DNA of 20,000 nt from an uncultured virus (IMG/VR IMGVR_UViG_3300027896_000027) (Duplodnaviria; Heunggongvirae; Uroviricota; Caudoviricetes), in the IMG/VR virus record IMGVR_UViG_3300027896_000027, one strand, 5' to 3'. Shown in pieces: positions 8,936-15,926 of this stretch (its first letter is position 1; every line of letters starts with the position of its first letter). The notes under the pieces were generated by a model that made no database searches, had not been told where the DNA came from, and worked only from the letters and a program-made list of their open reading frames with translations. A program made the translations under genes and the position numbers.

Positions 8936-9361
8936 TTGAAAAAAAGATTAAGGGTTATTCTGATTGTCGTATTCGGATTAATTTCCGTCGTCTGTTTGTT
9001 GAATGGCCAGGCAAATGTTTATCCAGGAGCAGTACCTGAGCCTTTTCATTTCTCTTTAACGGAAGTCGTTGGTCTGATCAGCGGGGTTATTTCAATATTC
9101 ATGGTCATCGTGGGATTTCTGCTCAAGCGATCCGTCTTTGGAGAAATCGATGGGGTAAAAATTTTGGTTGAAAAGATGGATATCAGGAAACAGGATAAGA
9201 CGATGTGCGAACAGATCGAATCTGTGGCTTGTAGAGATCGTGAGGAGATGAAGAAGGATCTTAAGGATGGGGTTAAAAAATTCAGCAGGATAGATCGGAA
9301 CATTGACCGTATCATGTTGAAAATGAAGCTTCCGACCGAGGACAATAAGGTCGACGATTGA
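8936..9361 (+). CDS. Membrane protein, possible holin/antiholin
   Basis: N-terminal hydrophobic segment, a second TM (VVGLISGVISIFMVIVGFLL) and a charged C-terminal tail; first gene of the lysis-like block. Confidence 0.45.
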   Translation: MKKRLRVILIVVFGLISVVCLLNGQANVYPGAVPEPFHFSLTEVVGLISGVISIFMVIVGFLLKRSVFGEIDGVKILVEKMDIRKQDKTMCEQIESVACRDREEMKKDLKDGVKKFSRIDRNIDRIMLKMKLPTEDNKVDD

Positions 9362-9377
9362 AAGGAGGAAAGAAATC

Positions 9378-10118
9378 ATGAAAAGAAGATATGATTGGAT
9401 TAGAGATCTACCAGACCATAGGGACTTTATGTTCTTGCGGTTGCCGACGAAAATTCCGAGTGCGGTTGATCTTCGTCCGAAGTGTTCTCCGATAGAGGAT
9501 CAATTGAATCTCGGAAGCTGCACGGCAAATGCCGGAGTGGGCATCTATGAGTGTCTTGAGCACATTCAGGGGATGAGGTTTGATAATAAGTCTCGATTGC
9601 TCCTTTACTATAATACCCGGCTCATTGAGCGTACGGTTAACACCGACAGTGGAGGTACTATCAGAGATACGTTTAAGGCTCTTGCCAAGTGGGGAGTTTG
9701 CTCAGAAAAGTTATGGCCGTATGACATTCAAAAATTCGCAGTGCTGCCTCCGAAAAATTGTTATGCTGACGCCATAAAACACGAGATCATCGTTTATCAA
9801 AGGCTGTCTGTCCTCGATGATTTGCTCAACTGCCTTGCTCTTGGCTATCCGTTTGAATTTGGCTTCTCAGTTTATCAGTCCTTTGAGAGTGCTAAGGTTG
9901 CCAGGACTGGAATAGTGCCGATGCCGAAAAAGACCGAGGCTTTTCTCGGGGGCCATGCGGTCGACGGGGTTGGCTACGAGATAGATAAGAAGTGGATCAT
10001 CTGCCGGAACTCGTGGGGGCCAAAGTGGGGGGACTACGGATATTTTTATCTCCCATTTGATTACATTTCCAATCCCAATCTGGCCGCTGATTTTTGGGTG
10101 GCAAAGAAAGAGACGTGA
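9378..10118 (+). CDS. Papain-like cysteine peptidase (C1A)
   Basis: VDLR, DQLNLGSCTANA (catalytic Cys), GGHAV (His), RNSWG..WGD.GYFY (Asn). Confidence 0.9.
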   Translation: MKRRYDWIRDLPDHRDFMFLRLPTKIPSAVDLRPKCSPIEDQLNLGSCTANAGVGIYECLEHIQGMRFDNKSRLLLYYNTRLIERTVNTDSGGTIRDTFKALAKWGVCSEKLWPYDIQKFAVLPPKNCYADAIKHEIIVYQRLSVLDDLLNCLALGYPFEFGFSVYQSFESAKVARTGIVPMPKKTEAFLGGHAVDGVGYEIDKKWIICRNSWGPKWGDYGYFYLPFDYISNPNLAADFWVAKKET

Positions 10119-10166
10119 TGCCTAAAATGTTCATGTCAACCTATTCTATAAAAGGAGGTGATGGTC

Positions 10167-10352
10167 ATGATCGAAACTATCTTGACGGCGATTGCGAGGA
10201 AGGTCATATTTATGGCTCTCTTGTTTGGAGCTTATAAGTTCATCGACAATTTCTACTTTAAAGCATTTGACACCGATGTGGTGATTAAGGAGAATCCCAT
10301 TGCGATTTCGATTTTGCTTGGTCTTTTTGCTGTTGCCCTTGCTTTTGCTTAG
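10167..10352 (+). CDS. Small two-TM membrane protein (holin candidate)
   Basis: AAAGGAGGTG RBS before ATG 10167; two hydrophobic segments; overlaps the transglycosylase start. Confidence 0.55.
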   Translation: MIETILTAIARKVIFMALLFGAYKFIDNFYFKAFDTDVVIKENPIAISILLGLFAVALAFA

Positions 10353-10878
10353 TTGTAAAGGGGAGATAACAACAGAGGCAATAGCTGAGCCAGTGGTGAC
10401 TAAAGTGTCAATCCCTGAGTCGGTTGGGAAGTATGATTTACTCTTCAAGCGATGGGGTGAGTTCTATTTCCCTTTTGACGATTGGCGTTGGTGGAGGTGT
10501 CAAGGAATAGCAGAAAGTAATCTCGACCCAAATGCAGTGTCATGGTGTGGGGCTGTCGGAGTCATGCAAATCATGCCTGCTACTGCAACGGGTTTGGGTG
10601 TAAAAAACAGGTTGGATGCGGAGGAGAGCATTCAGGGAGGAATTAAATACGACAATCAGGTTGATAGAGTTTTTAAAAGTGTTGACCAGCCGGAGCGGAG
10701 GAAATTCATGTTTGCTGGTTACAATGCTGGACCTGGAAATATTATAAAGGCTAAAAAATTGGCCGGTTCTGATGTGTGGGATATTACCGCAAATTCTCTT
10801 AACCTTGTCACCGGCCATAATTCGTTAGAGACAATAAACTACGTTAAGAGGATCTGCAAAATTAAAAAAGACCTTTGA
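10300..10878 (+). CDS. Lytic transglycosylase (SLT/MltF-like domain), predicted lipoprotein; probable endolysin
   Basis: AESNLDPNAVS..GAVGVMQIMPATA, AGYNAGPGN, ETINYV; lipobox-like LLLLSC; AAGGAG RBS before the TTG. Confidence 0.88.
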   Translation: MRFRFCLVFLLLPLLLLSCKGEITTEAIAEPVVTKVSIPESVGKYDLLFKRWGEFYFPFDDWRWWRCQGIAESNLDPNAVSWCGAVGVMQIMPATATGLGVKNRLDAEESIQGGIKYDNQVDRVFKSVDQPERRKFMFAGYNAGPGNIIKAKKLAGSDVWDITANSLNLVTGHNSLETINYVKRICKIKKDL

Positions 10879-10893
10879 AAGGAGGTGATACAA

Positions 10894-11157
10894 ATGAGAA
10901 AACTATCTACATGGATTATGCTTTTACTGTTGTGCCTCTTCTTACTCATCCCTGCCTGTTCGGGGCCAACGATAGGCTCGGCTGTCGAGAGGACGGTGAT
11001 CTTGATCGTAGTGCTCATCATAGTTGTTGTCCTTTGTGCCTTGGTCGCATTGGGAGTTGCCGTTTGGCAGTTTCTTAGGCACAATAGGGACAAGGTCAGT
11101 GAGATACATACTACTGTCAAGGATGTGAAGCAGGCTGTAGACAGCCTCAAAAAGTGA
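10894..11157 (+). CDS. Small membrane protein with lipobox-like signal and one TM segment
   Basis: AAAGGAGGTGA RBS; LLIPAC followed by a long hydrophobic helix. Confidence 0.6.
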   Translation: MRKLSTWIMLLLLCLFLLIPACSGPTIGSAVERTVILIVVLIIVVVLCALVALGVAVWQFLRHNRDKVSEIHTTVKDVKQAVDSLKK

Positions 11158-11269
11158 AAACCTTTGTGGGGCGGGGAGGTCAAACATGGGTTAGCCTTTG
11201 GAAAATTTTAATCTTGAAATACTCAATCCATGCCCCGCCCCGGTTTATGAGAAGGGAGGATTTTAAAAG

Positions 11270-11689
11270 ATGACAAAGATATTAGTATTTATCAAATCGC
11301 TTCCGTGGTGGATTTGGATTGCTGCGATTATCGGAGTGATCTTTCTCTGGCAGGCTCTTTCTGGATGGTCGATGTCCAGAAAGTATTTCAACCTGGCCGT
11401 TCAGGGTCTCAAGACGGAAGAGTCTCAGGCCCTCAAGGATAAGGACGAATACATCAAGGCGTGCGAAAAGGACATCCAAGAAAAGAAGGCAGAGATCGAT
11501 CAGATCAAAAAAGAAAAGGCAGCATTACAGATCGATAAAGTCAATTCGGCCGCTGAAGTTGTCCGGCTAAAAAGGAGCAACGATGACCTTAAAAGGCAGA
11601 TTCGAGAAATCATTATTCCTGATGATCCTGATCGGATCATTGACGATCTGCGGAAACGCTTTCCCTCAATCCATAAGATTCAGCCTTGA
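11270..11689 (+). CDS. N-terminal TM plus coiled-coil protein (i-spanin/Rz-like)
   Basis: GGGAGG RBS; WWIWIAAIIGVIFLW TM followed by a heptad-rich coiled coil; lies downstream of the endolysin. Confidence 0.55.
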   Translation: MTKILVFIKSLPWWIWIAAIIGVIFLWQALSGWSMSRKYFNLAVQGLKTEESQALKDKDEYIKACEKDIQEKKAEIDQIKKEKAALQIDKVNSAAEVVRLKRSNDDLKRQIREIIIPDDPDRIIDDLRKRFPSIHKIQP

Positions 11690-12032
11690 ACTTCCAGATC
11701 TCAAGGAGTGGGATAAGCAGACCCAAGAATATCCGCTTCAAAAGAAATTGATCGACGATCAGGCCAAGACAATTCAGGAGCTTGAAAAGTCTCTCGCCAT
11801 AGAAGTCCGAACCAATGAACTGAACCAGCGAGAGCTCAATTTAAAAGATCAGATCATCGGATTAAAAGATCAGGAGATAGCAGCGACGAACAGAGCCAAC
11901 GCTCAGTTGAAAGACGTCGCAGATAGGGCCATTAAGTTGGCTGAGATCTCGAAGCCGAAATCCAACTGGGAACTCCAGGGAATTCTCTCTGGGATGGCGT
12001 TAGCCGTCGGATATTTTCTCGGTCGGAGATAA
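11583..12032 (+). CDS. Secreted coiled-coil protein with C-terminal hydrophobic anchor (second spanin-like component)
   Basis: AAAGGAG RBS inside the previous gene (107-nt overlap, different frame); signal-like N-terminus, coiled coil, C-terminal GILSGMALAVGYFLGRR. Confidence 0.5.
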   Translation: MTLKGRFEKSLFLMILIGSLTICGNAFPQSIRFSLELPDLKEWDKQTQEYPLQKKLIDDQAKTIQELEKSLAIEVRTNELNQRELNLKDQIIGLKDQEIAATNRANAQLKDVADRAIKLAEISKPKSNWELQGILSGMALAVGYFLGRR

Positions 12033-12216
12033 CCCATGAGGAGCATGGTGATTCCCATCGTTAGACCGATCGTATATGGCGTAACACCCCCTTATTAGTC
12101 CAGGGAATATTCTCCTTCAACCCTTTATCCCCTTTTATTAAAACCCGCAAAACTCCATCCCTAAAACCTTAATAATATTAATGGGTTATTCGCTTCTCTT
12201 TTTTTTCTTTATTTTC

Positions 12217-12245
12217 TTGATTTTTACTTTGTGGTATACTATAAT
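12217..12245 (+). promoter_or_regulatory. Sigma70-type promoter
   Basis: TTGATT (12217-12222), 17 nt, TATAAT (12240-12245); overlapping TGnTATACT; T-rich upstream tract. Confidence 0.6.
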
Positions 12246-12442
12246 ACTCTGGACAGGTGAGGGGACAGTGAGATATATAGTGAGATTATTGGAGAATTTA
12301 TACAAGGAAAACAAAGTGGCAAAAAATGGTATTTTGGTGGCAAAATGCCGGCACTTTTTAAACATGACCATTTTTAACCTATTAAGATTATTACAGAAGA
12401 TTTTTTACAAAGTTGGAGCGGTTCTTGGATATATAATAGACA

Positions 12443-12455
12443 TGGTCTTTGACAA
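12443..12455 (+). promoter_or_regulatory. boxA-like antitermination element
   Basis: TGGTCTTTGACAA matches the rrn boxA consensus TGCTCTTTAACAA at 11/13, just after TATAAT at 12432-12437. Confidence 0.5.
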
Positions 12456-12599
12456 TTAAATATCCCGAACATCCAAAGTAGGGAAGCCAATACGAAGCAG
12501 ACCAAGCTGGTTGGTCAGTTAGATGGACGAAGCAGACTCTGAGGGGTCTGAAAGTAGTCCTCCCCGAATGGCTCAAAAACAAAGAGGGCGGGGCAGAGA

Positions 12600-12670
12600 G
12601 CAGAGGGGCAGAAGAATGAGCAATCAATCTTCTGCTAATGCACAAAGCCTGGTCCCAAGTCCAGGGTAAA
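12600..12670 (+). ncRNA. Twister ribozyme, circularly permuted (type P5-like)
   Basis: GCA(P2') GAGGG GCAGAAGA(P1') ... TCTTCTGC(P1) TAA TGC(P2) AC AAAG CCTGG TCCCAAGT CCAGG(P4) GTAAA. Pseudoknots CCC/GGG and AC/GT. Predicted cleavage between U12636 and A12637. Confidence 0.8.
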
Positions 12671-12693
12671 TAAAAATCCAAAAGGAGGACGAT

Positions 12694-12849
12694 ATGGAAA
12701 ACAAAGAAAAGAGAATAGAGGCATACGGAGTGAAGGGATTAAAGAATACGCCATGGAGAAAAGTTTTTATAAGCCTTAAAGCCTTTGAAAAGTGGCTGGA
12801 AAAAAATGATGGCTATGTGGAGGTTCTTGGAACAAGAGAGGTAGAATAA
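12694..12849 (+). CDS. Small hypothetical early protein (51 aa, MENKEKRIEAYGVKGLKNTPWRKVF...)
   Basis: Translated manually (absent from the ORF track); AAAAGGAGG RBS; TAA at 12847-12849. Confidence 0.75.
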   Translation: MENKEKRIEAYGVKGLKNTPWRKVFISLKAFEKWLEKNDGYVEVLGTREVE

Positions 12850-12876
12850 TGGACAAATCAAGAAAGGAGGAAAGTC

Positions 12877-13005
12877 ATGAAGGGTAACATTACAAAGAAA
12901 AGCTTTTTTGGAATCTGGAAGGTCATTGGATTTCTAACAGCGATTAAGATTCTATTTTCTTTAGAGCCAGTCGCACTTCAAATCCTCGTTAAGGGGATTA
13001 AGTAA
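12877..13005 (+). CDS. Small hydrophobic hypothetical protein (42 aa, MKGNITKKSFFGIWKVIG...)
   Basis: Translated manually; AAAGGAGG RBS. Confidence 0.65.
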   Translation: MKGNITKKSFFGIWKVIGFLTAIKILFSLEPVALQILVKGIK

Positions 13006-13023
13006 AAAAGAAAGAAGGAGACC

Positions 13024-13221
13024 ATGAGAACAAGAAGTTATAAAAGAATGAAAGCTGAGACAGAAGAGAGAATAAGAAAAGATCTTCAAAACAAAAAGTG
13101 TAAAATCTGTAAACGTGAAGGTTTAACCCTGGACAAAAATGATATCTGCCATAAATGCTGGCAGGATATTCAAGATTCAAAAGGAGGAGACCATGAAGAC
13201 AAAAGTTGTAATGGAGATTGA
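13024..13221 (+). CDS. Small Zn-finger-like protein (CKIC...CHKC)
   Basis: AAGGAG RBS; two CxxC pairs. Confidence 0.6.
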   Translation: MRTRSYKRMKAETEERIRKDLQNKKCKICKREGLTLDKNDICHKCWQDIQDSKGGDHEDKSCNGD

Positions 13222-13339
13222 AGTCAATGATGGTGAGATGGATGGCGACGGTCAAATTGAAGAATATATTAAAATGACCTTGGAAAATGGACCAGCAAAG
13301 GTCACGGTTGATTCAATCAACGCCAGGGAAATTTATTAA
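13193..13339 (+). CDS. Small acidic hypothetical protein (48 aa)
   Basis: AAAAGGAGG RBS before ATG 13193, an internal Met of track ORF 13139..13339. Confidence 0.65.
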   Translation: MKTKVVMEIEVNDGEMDGDGQIEEYIKMTLENGPAKVTVDSINAREIY

Positions 13340-13378
13340 AACCCTTAACCGCTCAATGAGCAAAAACGGAGGAGACCA

Positions 13379-13975
13379 ATGGAAAAGAATAAAATGTATG
13401 AGATCACTGTGGTAGAAGTAACACAATATGGGGCAAGCAGTTCACGTGTAGGCCTTAAACTTAATTCTCTGGAAGATTGCAAGAAGATCATTGAGATTGC
13501 TAAAATTGCAAATTGAGAAATTAACCTGACTGACGGCAGCTTTAGCGAAGAGTTGGTAGAAAGGTCTGAAGCATATCAAAATTTCCTTAACAAGGAAGCA
13601 GATGAGCGGGTGGAGTGGATCAAAAGCCAGATTGAAAAAACCGAGCGGATTAACGCTACTCCTAAAGAGTATATTTCCAAGATCCAACTTCCCGATGGTT
13701 GCAAGATTACCTATGAGCGCTCAGACGCCAATTTTAAGGCCCACATCTCTTCAAAAATTAGTTGGGGCCTTGGCACCAAGGTTTTTCACAATGAACATTC
13801 TCGATCGCTTTATGTCTATGAATATACCACCAAGGATATGCGAGTTCAGGTTGGTAAATTTGCCCGTGACATGACAGGATTTTTTGGAGAGGCCAGGCAT
13901 CAGATCAACCCTGAAATTATCCGTGACATTGTAAAAGAATTTGATGAGATCAGCGCCAAGATTAGAAACTCATAA
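13379..13975 (+). pseudogene. Hypothetical gene interrupted by a single in-frame TGA at 13514-13516 (nonsense, readthrough, or two ORFs)
   Basis: GGAGGAG RBS and ATG 13379 give 45 codons, then TGA, and the same frame continues without a stop into track ORF 13553..13975, which lacks a good RBS. Confidence 0.55.
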
Positions 13976-13976
13976 A

Positions 13977-14031
13977 ATCATCCTGACGAGACCTGAATGG
14001 TCGAAACCCGAGTTAAGCTCGGGTCGGTGAT
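13977..14031 (+). ncRNA. Hammerhead ribozyme, type I
   Basis: Stem I ATCATC/GGTGAT; core CTGACGA (13983-13989); stem II GACC-TGAAT-GGTC; GAAA (14003-14006); stem III CCCGAG-TTAAG-CTCGGG; GTC cleavage triplet, cut after C14025. Confidence 0.93.
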
Positions 14032-14060
14032 AAAATAAAATCCAAAAGGAGGATGAAAAG

Positions 14061-14375
14061 ATGAACGAACGACAGGCACAAGAGAAAGGGTATCATTTTC
14101 ATGGAGCGTATTCCCACAGTAAAGAAGAGATGAAGCGAACGGCAGCAGGGTTGAGAGAGAAAGGAAACAAAGCCATTGTGGTAGATGTCCCGTCCAGTAA
14201 ATATTCTCGGGGGGGCGGAGGCATGGGATACTCAGTGTATTGGATTGAGTCTGAGGAGAACATCATAGAAAGGCACAAAGTGGAAGATCTCTTAAAGAGA
14301 AATCAATTACTTGCGGAGCGAGAAGGACTCGTTGCTCGTATTGCAGAGATCGATTCTTTGGTGAAAGAACTTTAA
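14061..14375 (+). CDS. Hypothetical early protein
   Basis: 104 aa, AAAAGGAGG RBS. Confidence 0.75.
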   Translation: MNERQAQEKGYHFHGAYSHSKEEMKRTAAGLREKGNKAIVVDVPSSKYSRGGGGMGYSVYWIESEENIIERHKVEDLLKRNQLLAEREGLVARIAEIDSLVKEL

Positions 14376-14407
14376 TTTTAGAATCTATTTAAAAGGAGGA
14401 TGAAAAA

Positions 14408-14629
14408 ATGGCAATAAAACAATTACCAAACAGAGGAGAGAAGCTTGAGAATGGGGCCACAGTAATTGATTCAGCATTGGGAAAAACATATCCTATCGTC
14501 TTAGCGATGTGGCGTTCCGAATTCGTCACATGGGATTGGAACGCAGAAGAAGGCTACATTTATGCTGGAAATTATTTTACAGATATCTTAGCCGCAGCGA
14601 AGGATTTTAAAAAGAGATTGAATGGTTGA
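14408..14629 (+). CDS. Hypothetical early protein
   Basis: 73 aa, AAAAGGAGG RBS; LENGATVI..EFVTW..GNYF..A..DF..R pattern seen in small phage proteins. Confidence 0.75.
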   Translation: MAIKQLPNRGEKLENGATVIDSALGKTYPIVLAMWRSEFVTWDWNAEEGYIYAGNYFTDILAAAKDFKKRLNG

Positions 14630-14663
14630 AAGACATGAACAAACTAAGAAAGGAGGACGGGAG

Positions 14664-14954
14664 ATGGGAATATCAGCAGACATAGAAGAATTGAAGAAGC
14701 TGGTAAGAGAAAAGGGAATGGACCCGGAAGAGTTCTTCCCATCTTGCCGAGGATGTGGGTATTGCTGCTGGGAGGCGACGTGCTCTTTGGGGGTGCAGTT
14801 GCATGGAAGTCAACATCCTTGTCCTTCTCTTCTATGGAATGGAAAGCGATACGTGTGCGAGTTAGCAGCGGAATTTAAGGATCATCTGCATATTGGATGT
14901 GGGTGTCCGAGCACTTTAAACGATTGGAGAAAAGATGTCAAAAAAAGGTTTTAG
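14664..14954 (+). CDS. CxxCxxCC-motif (YkgJ-like) metal/Fe-S-binding protein
   Basis: CRGCGYCC plus further Cys (CPSL, YVCEL, GCGCP); start moved to ATG 14664 after AAAGGAGG. Confidence 0.65.
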   Translation: MGISADIEELKKLVREKGMDPEEFFPSCRGCGYCCWEATCSLGVQLHGSQHPCPSLLWNGKRYVCELAAEFKDHLHIGCGCPSTLNDWRKDVKKRF

Positions 14955-14969
14955 AAAGGAGATTAAATC

Positions 14970-15674
14970 ATGAAACTCAAAGATTTTGAAAAATTAGTTT
15001 CAGGGACTGAAGTCGTGATCAAAAGACGCCGAGCTAAGCTCGAAGGGAGCATTCATATTAGTGGAGGATTTGGGCAGACAAACATATCTCATCCGGCGGA
15101 ATACGGCTGGGGTGAATTTCGTTATCTGGATACCGGGCGGCGAGTGACTAAACGGAATCGTCAGGTAGAGTTAGCACCAAAATGGAAGGAGGACAAAATG
15201 ACAAGAACAGCGAAGAAAATTGAACAAAGATTGATGTCTGATTTGCTTACTATGGCAGAAACCAGTAAGCAGTATCTGAACGGGGAGCAGTGGGCGGTCA
15301 ACGCCGTTGCCATGGCTCGAATGATTTTTGGGCAGGAAGATCCACGTAAACCTCTTTTCATCACAGAACCTTCCAACGATGGAATTACGGTTCAGTCAAT
15401 GGAGTTTCTCAAGAAGAACCTTTCTAAGCTTGGCCCCATAGTTAGGATTAGGGGCTATAAAGATGAGAATAAACTTGAGGAGTTTGATTATTGGGTTGAG
15501 TTCGCGGATCGAAATCACAACACAATCCGAGTGTCAGGTTTTTCCTGGGGGTACGGTGGCGAAGGACCAAATGGCCTTGCCGATGCCTGCAAGCTGGTCG
15601 GCTTCCCTCTTACACTTTCAGACATAGCGGGTATACCGATGGAGACCAACTGGGAAAAGTTTAAATCTAACTAA
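14970..15674 (+). CDS. Hypothetical protein with C-terminal GFSWGYGGEGP (DUF6166-like) motif; internal in-frame start at 15198
   Basis: 234 aa; AAAGGAG RBS; internal AAGGAGG-ACAAA-ATG. Confidence 0.65.
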   Translation: MKLKDFEKLVSGTEVVIKRRRAKLEGSIHISGGFGQTNISHPAEYGWGEFRYLDTGRRVTKRNRQVELAPKWKEDKMTRTAKKIEQRLMSDLLTMAETSKQYLNGEQWAVNAVAMARMIFGQEDPRKPLFITEPSNDGITVQSMEFLKKNLSKLGPIVRIRGYKDENKLEEFDYWVEFADRNHNTIRVSGFSWGYGGEGPNGLADACKLVGFPLTLSDIAGIPMETNWEKFKSN

Positions 15675-15702
15675 TAATCTCAGAGTGAGAAAGGAGGAAA
15701 AA

Positions 15703-15900
15703 ATGTTAGTTTATCATATCGGAATTTTCGATACTCAGACGAAAAAAGTGACCACAATTCTTTGCTTGCCAGAGAGAAGAAGAGATCCGAAGAGAATTAC
15801 AAGAACCTCAATTAATAAATGGATTCAATCAATTATGGGCTCCCAATGGTGGGACGAAAATTGGCCAAAAGTTTCAACCGTTACGAAACGAGTCAATTAA
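15703..15900 (+). CDS. Hypothetical protein
   Basis: AAAGGAGG RBS before ATG 15703. Confidence 0.65.
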   Translation: MLVYHIGIFDTQTKKVTTILCLPERRRDPKRITRTSINKWIQSIMGSQWWDENWPKVSTVTKRVN

Positions 15901-15926
15901 TCTCCGATAGAAAGGAGGATACTAAA

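Noticed and set aside
12460..12600. tRNA, pistol, hatchet, twister-sister or hairpin ribozyme in the leader
   Set aside because: No cloverleaf or T-loop (GTTCRA), and the conserved cores of those ribozyme classes could not be matched by eye.
12181..12681. Track ORFs 12181..12459, 12186..12371 and 12391..12681
   Set aside because: No RBS and low-complexity AT-rich translations; they overlap promoter and structured-RNA elements that explain the region better.
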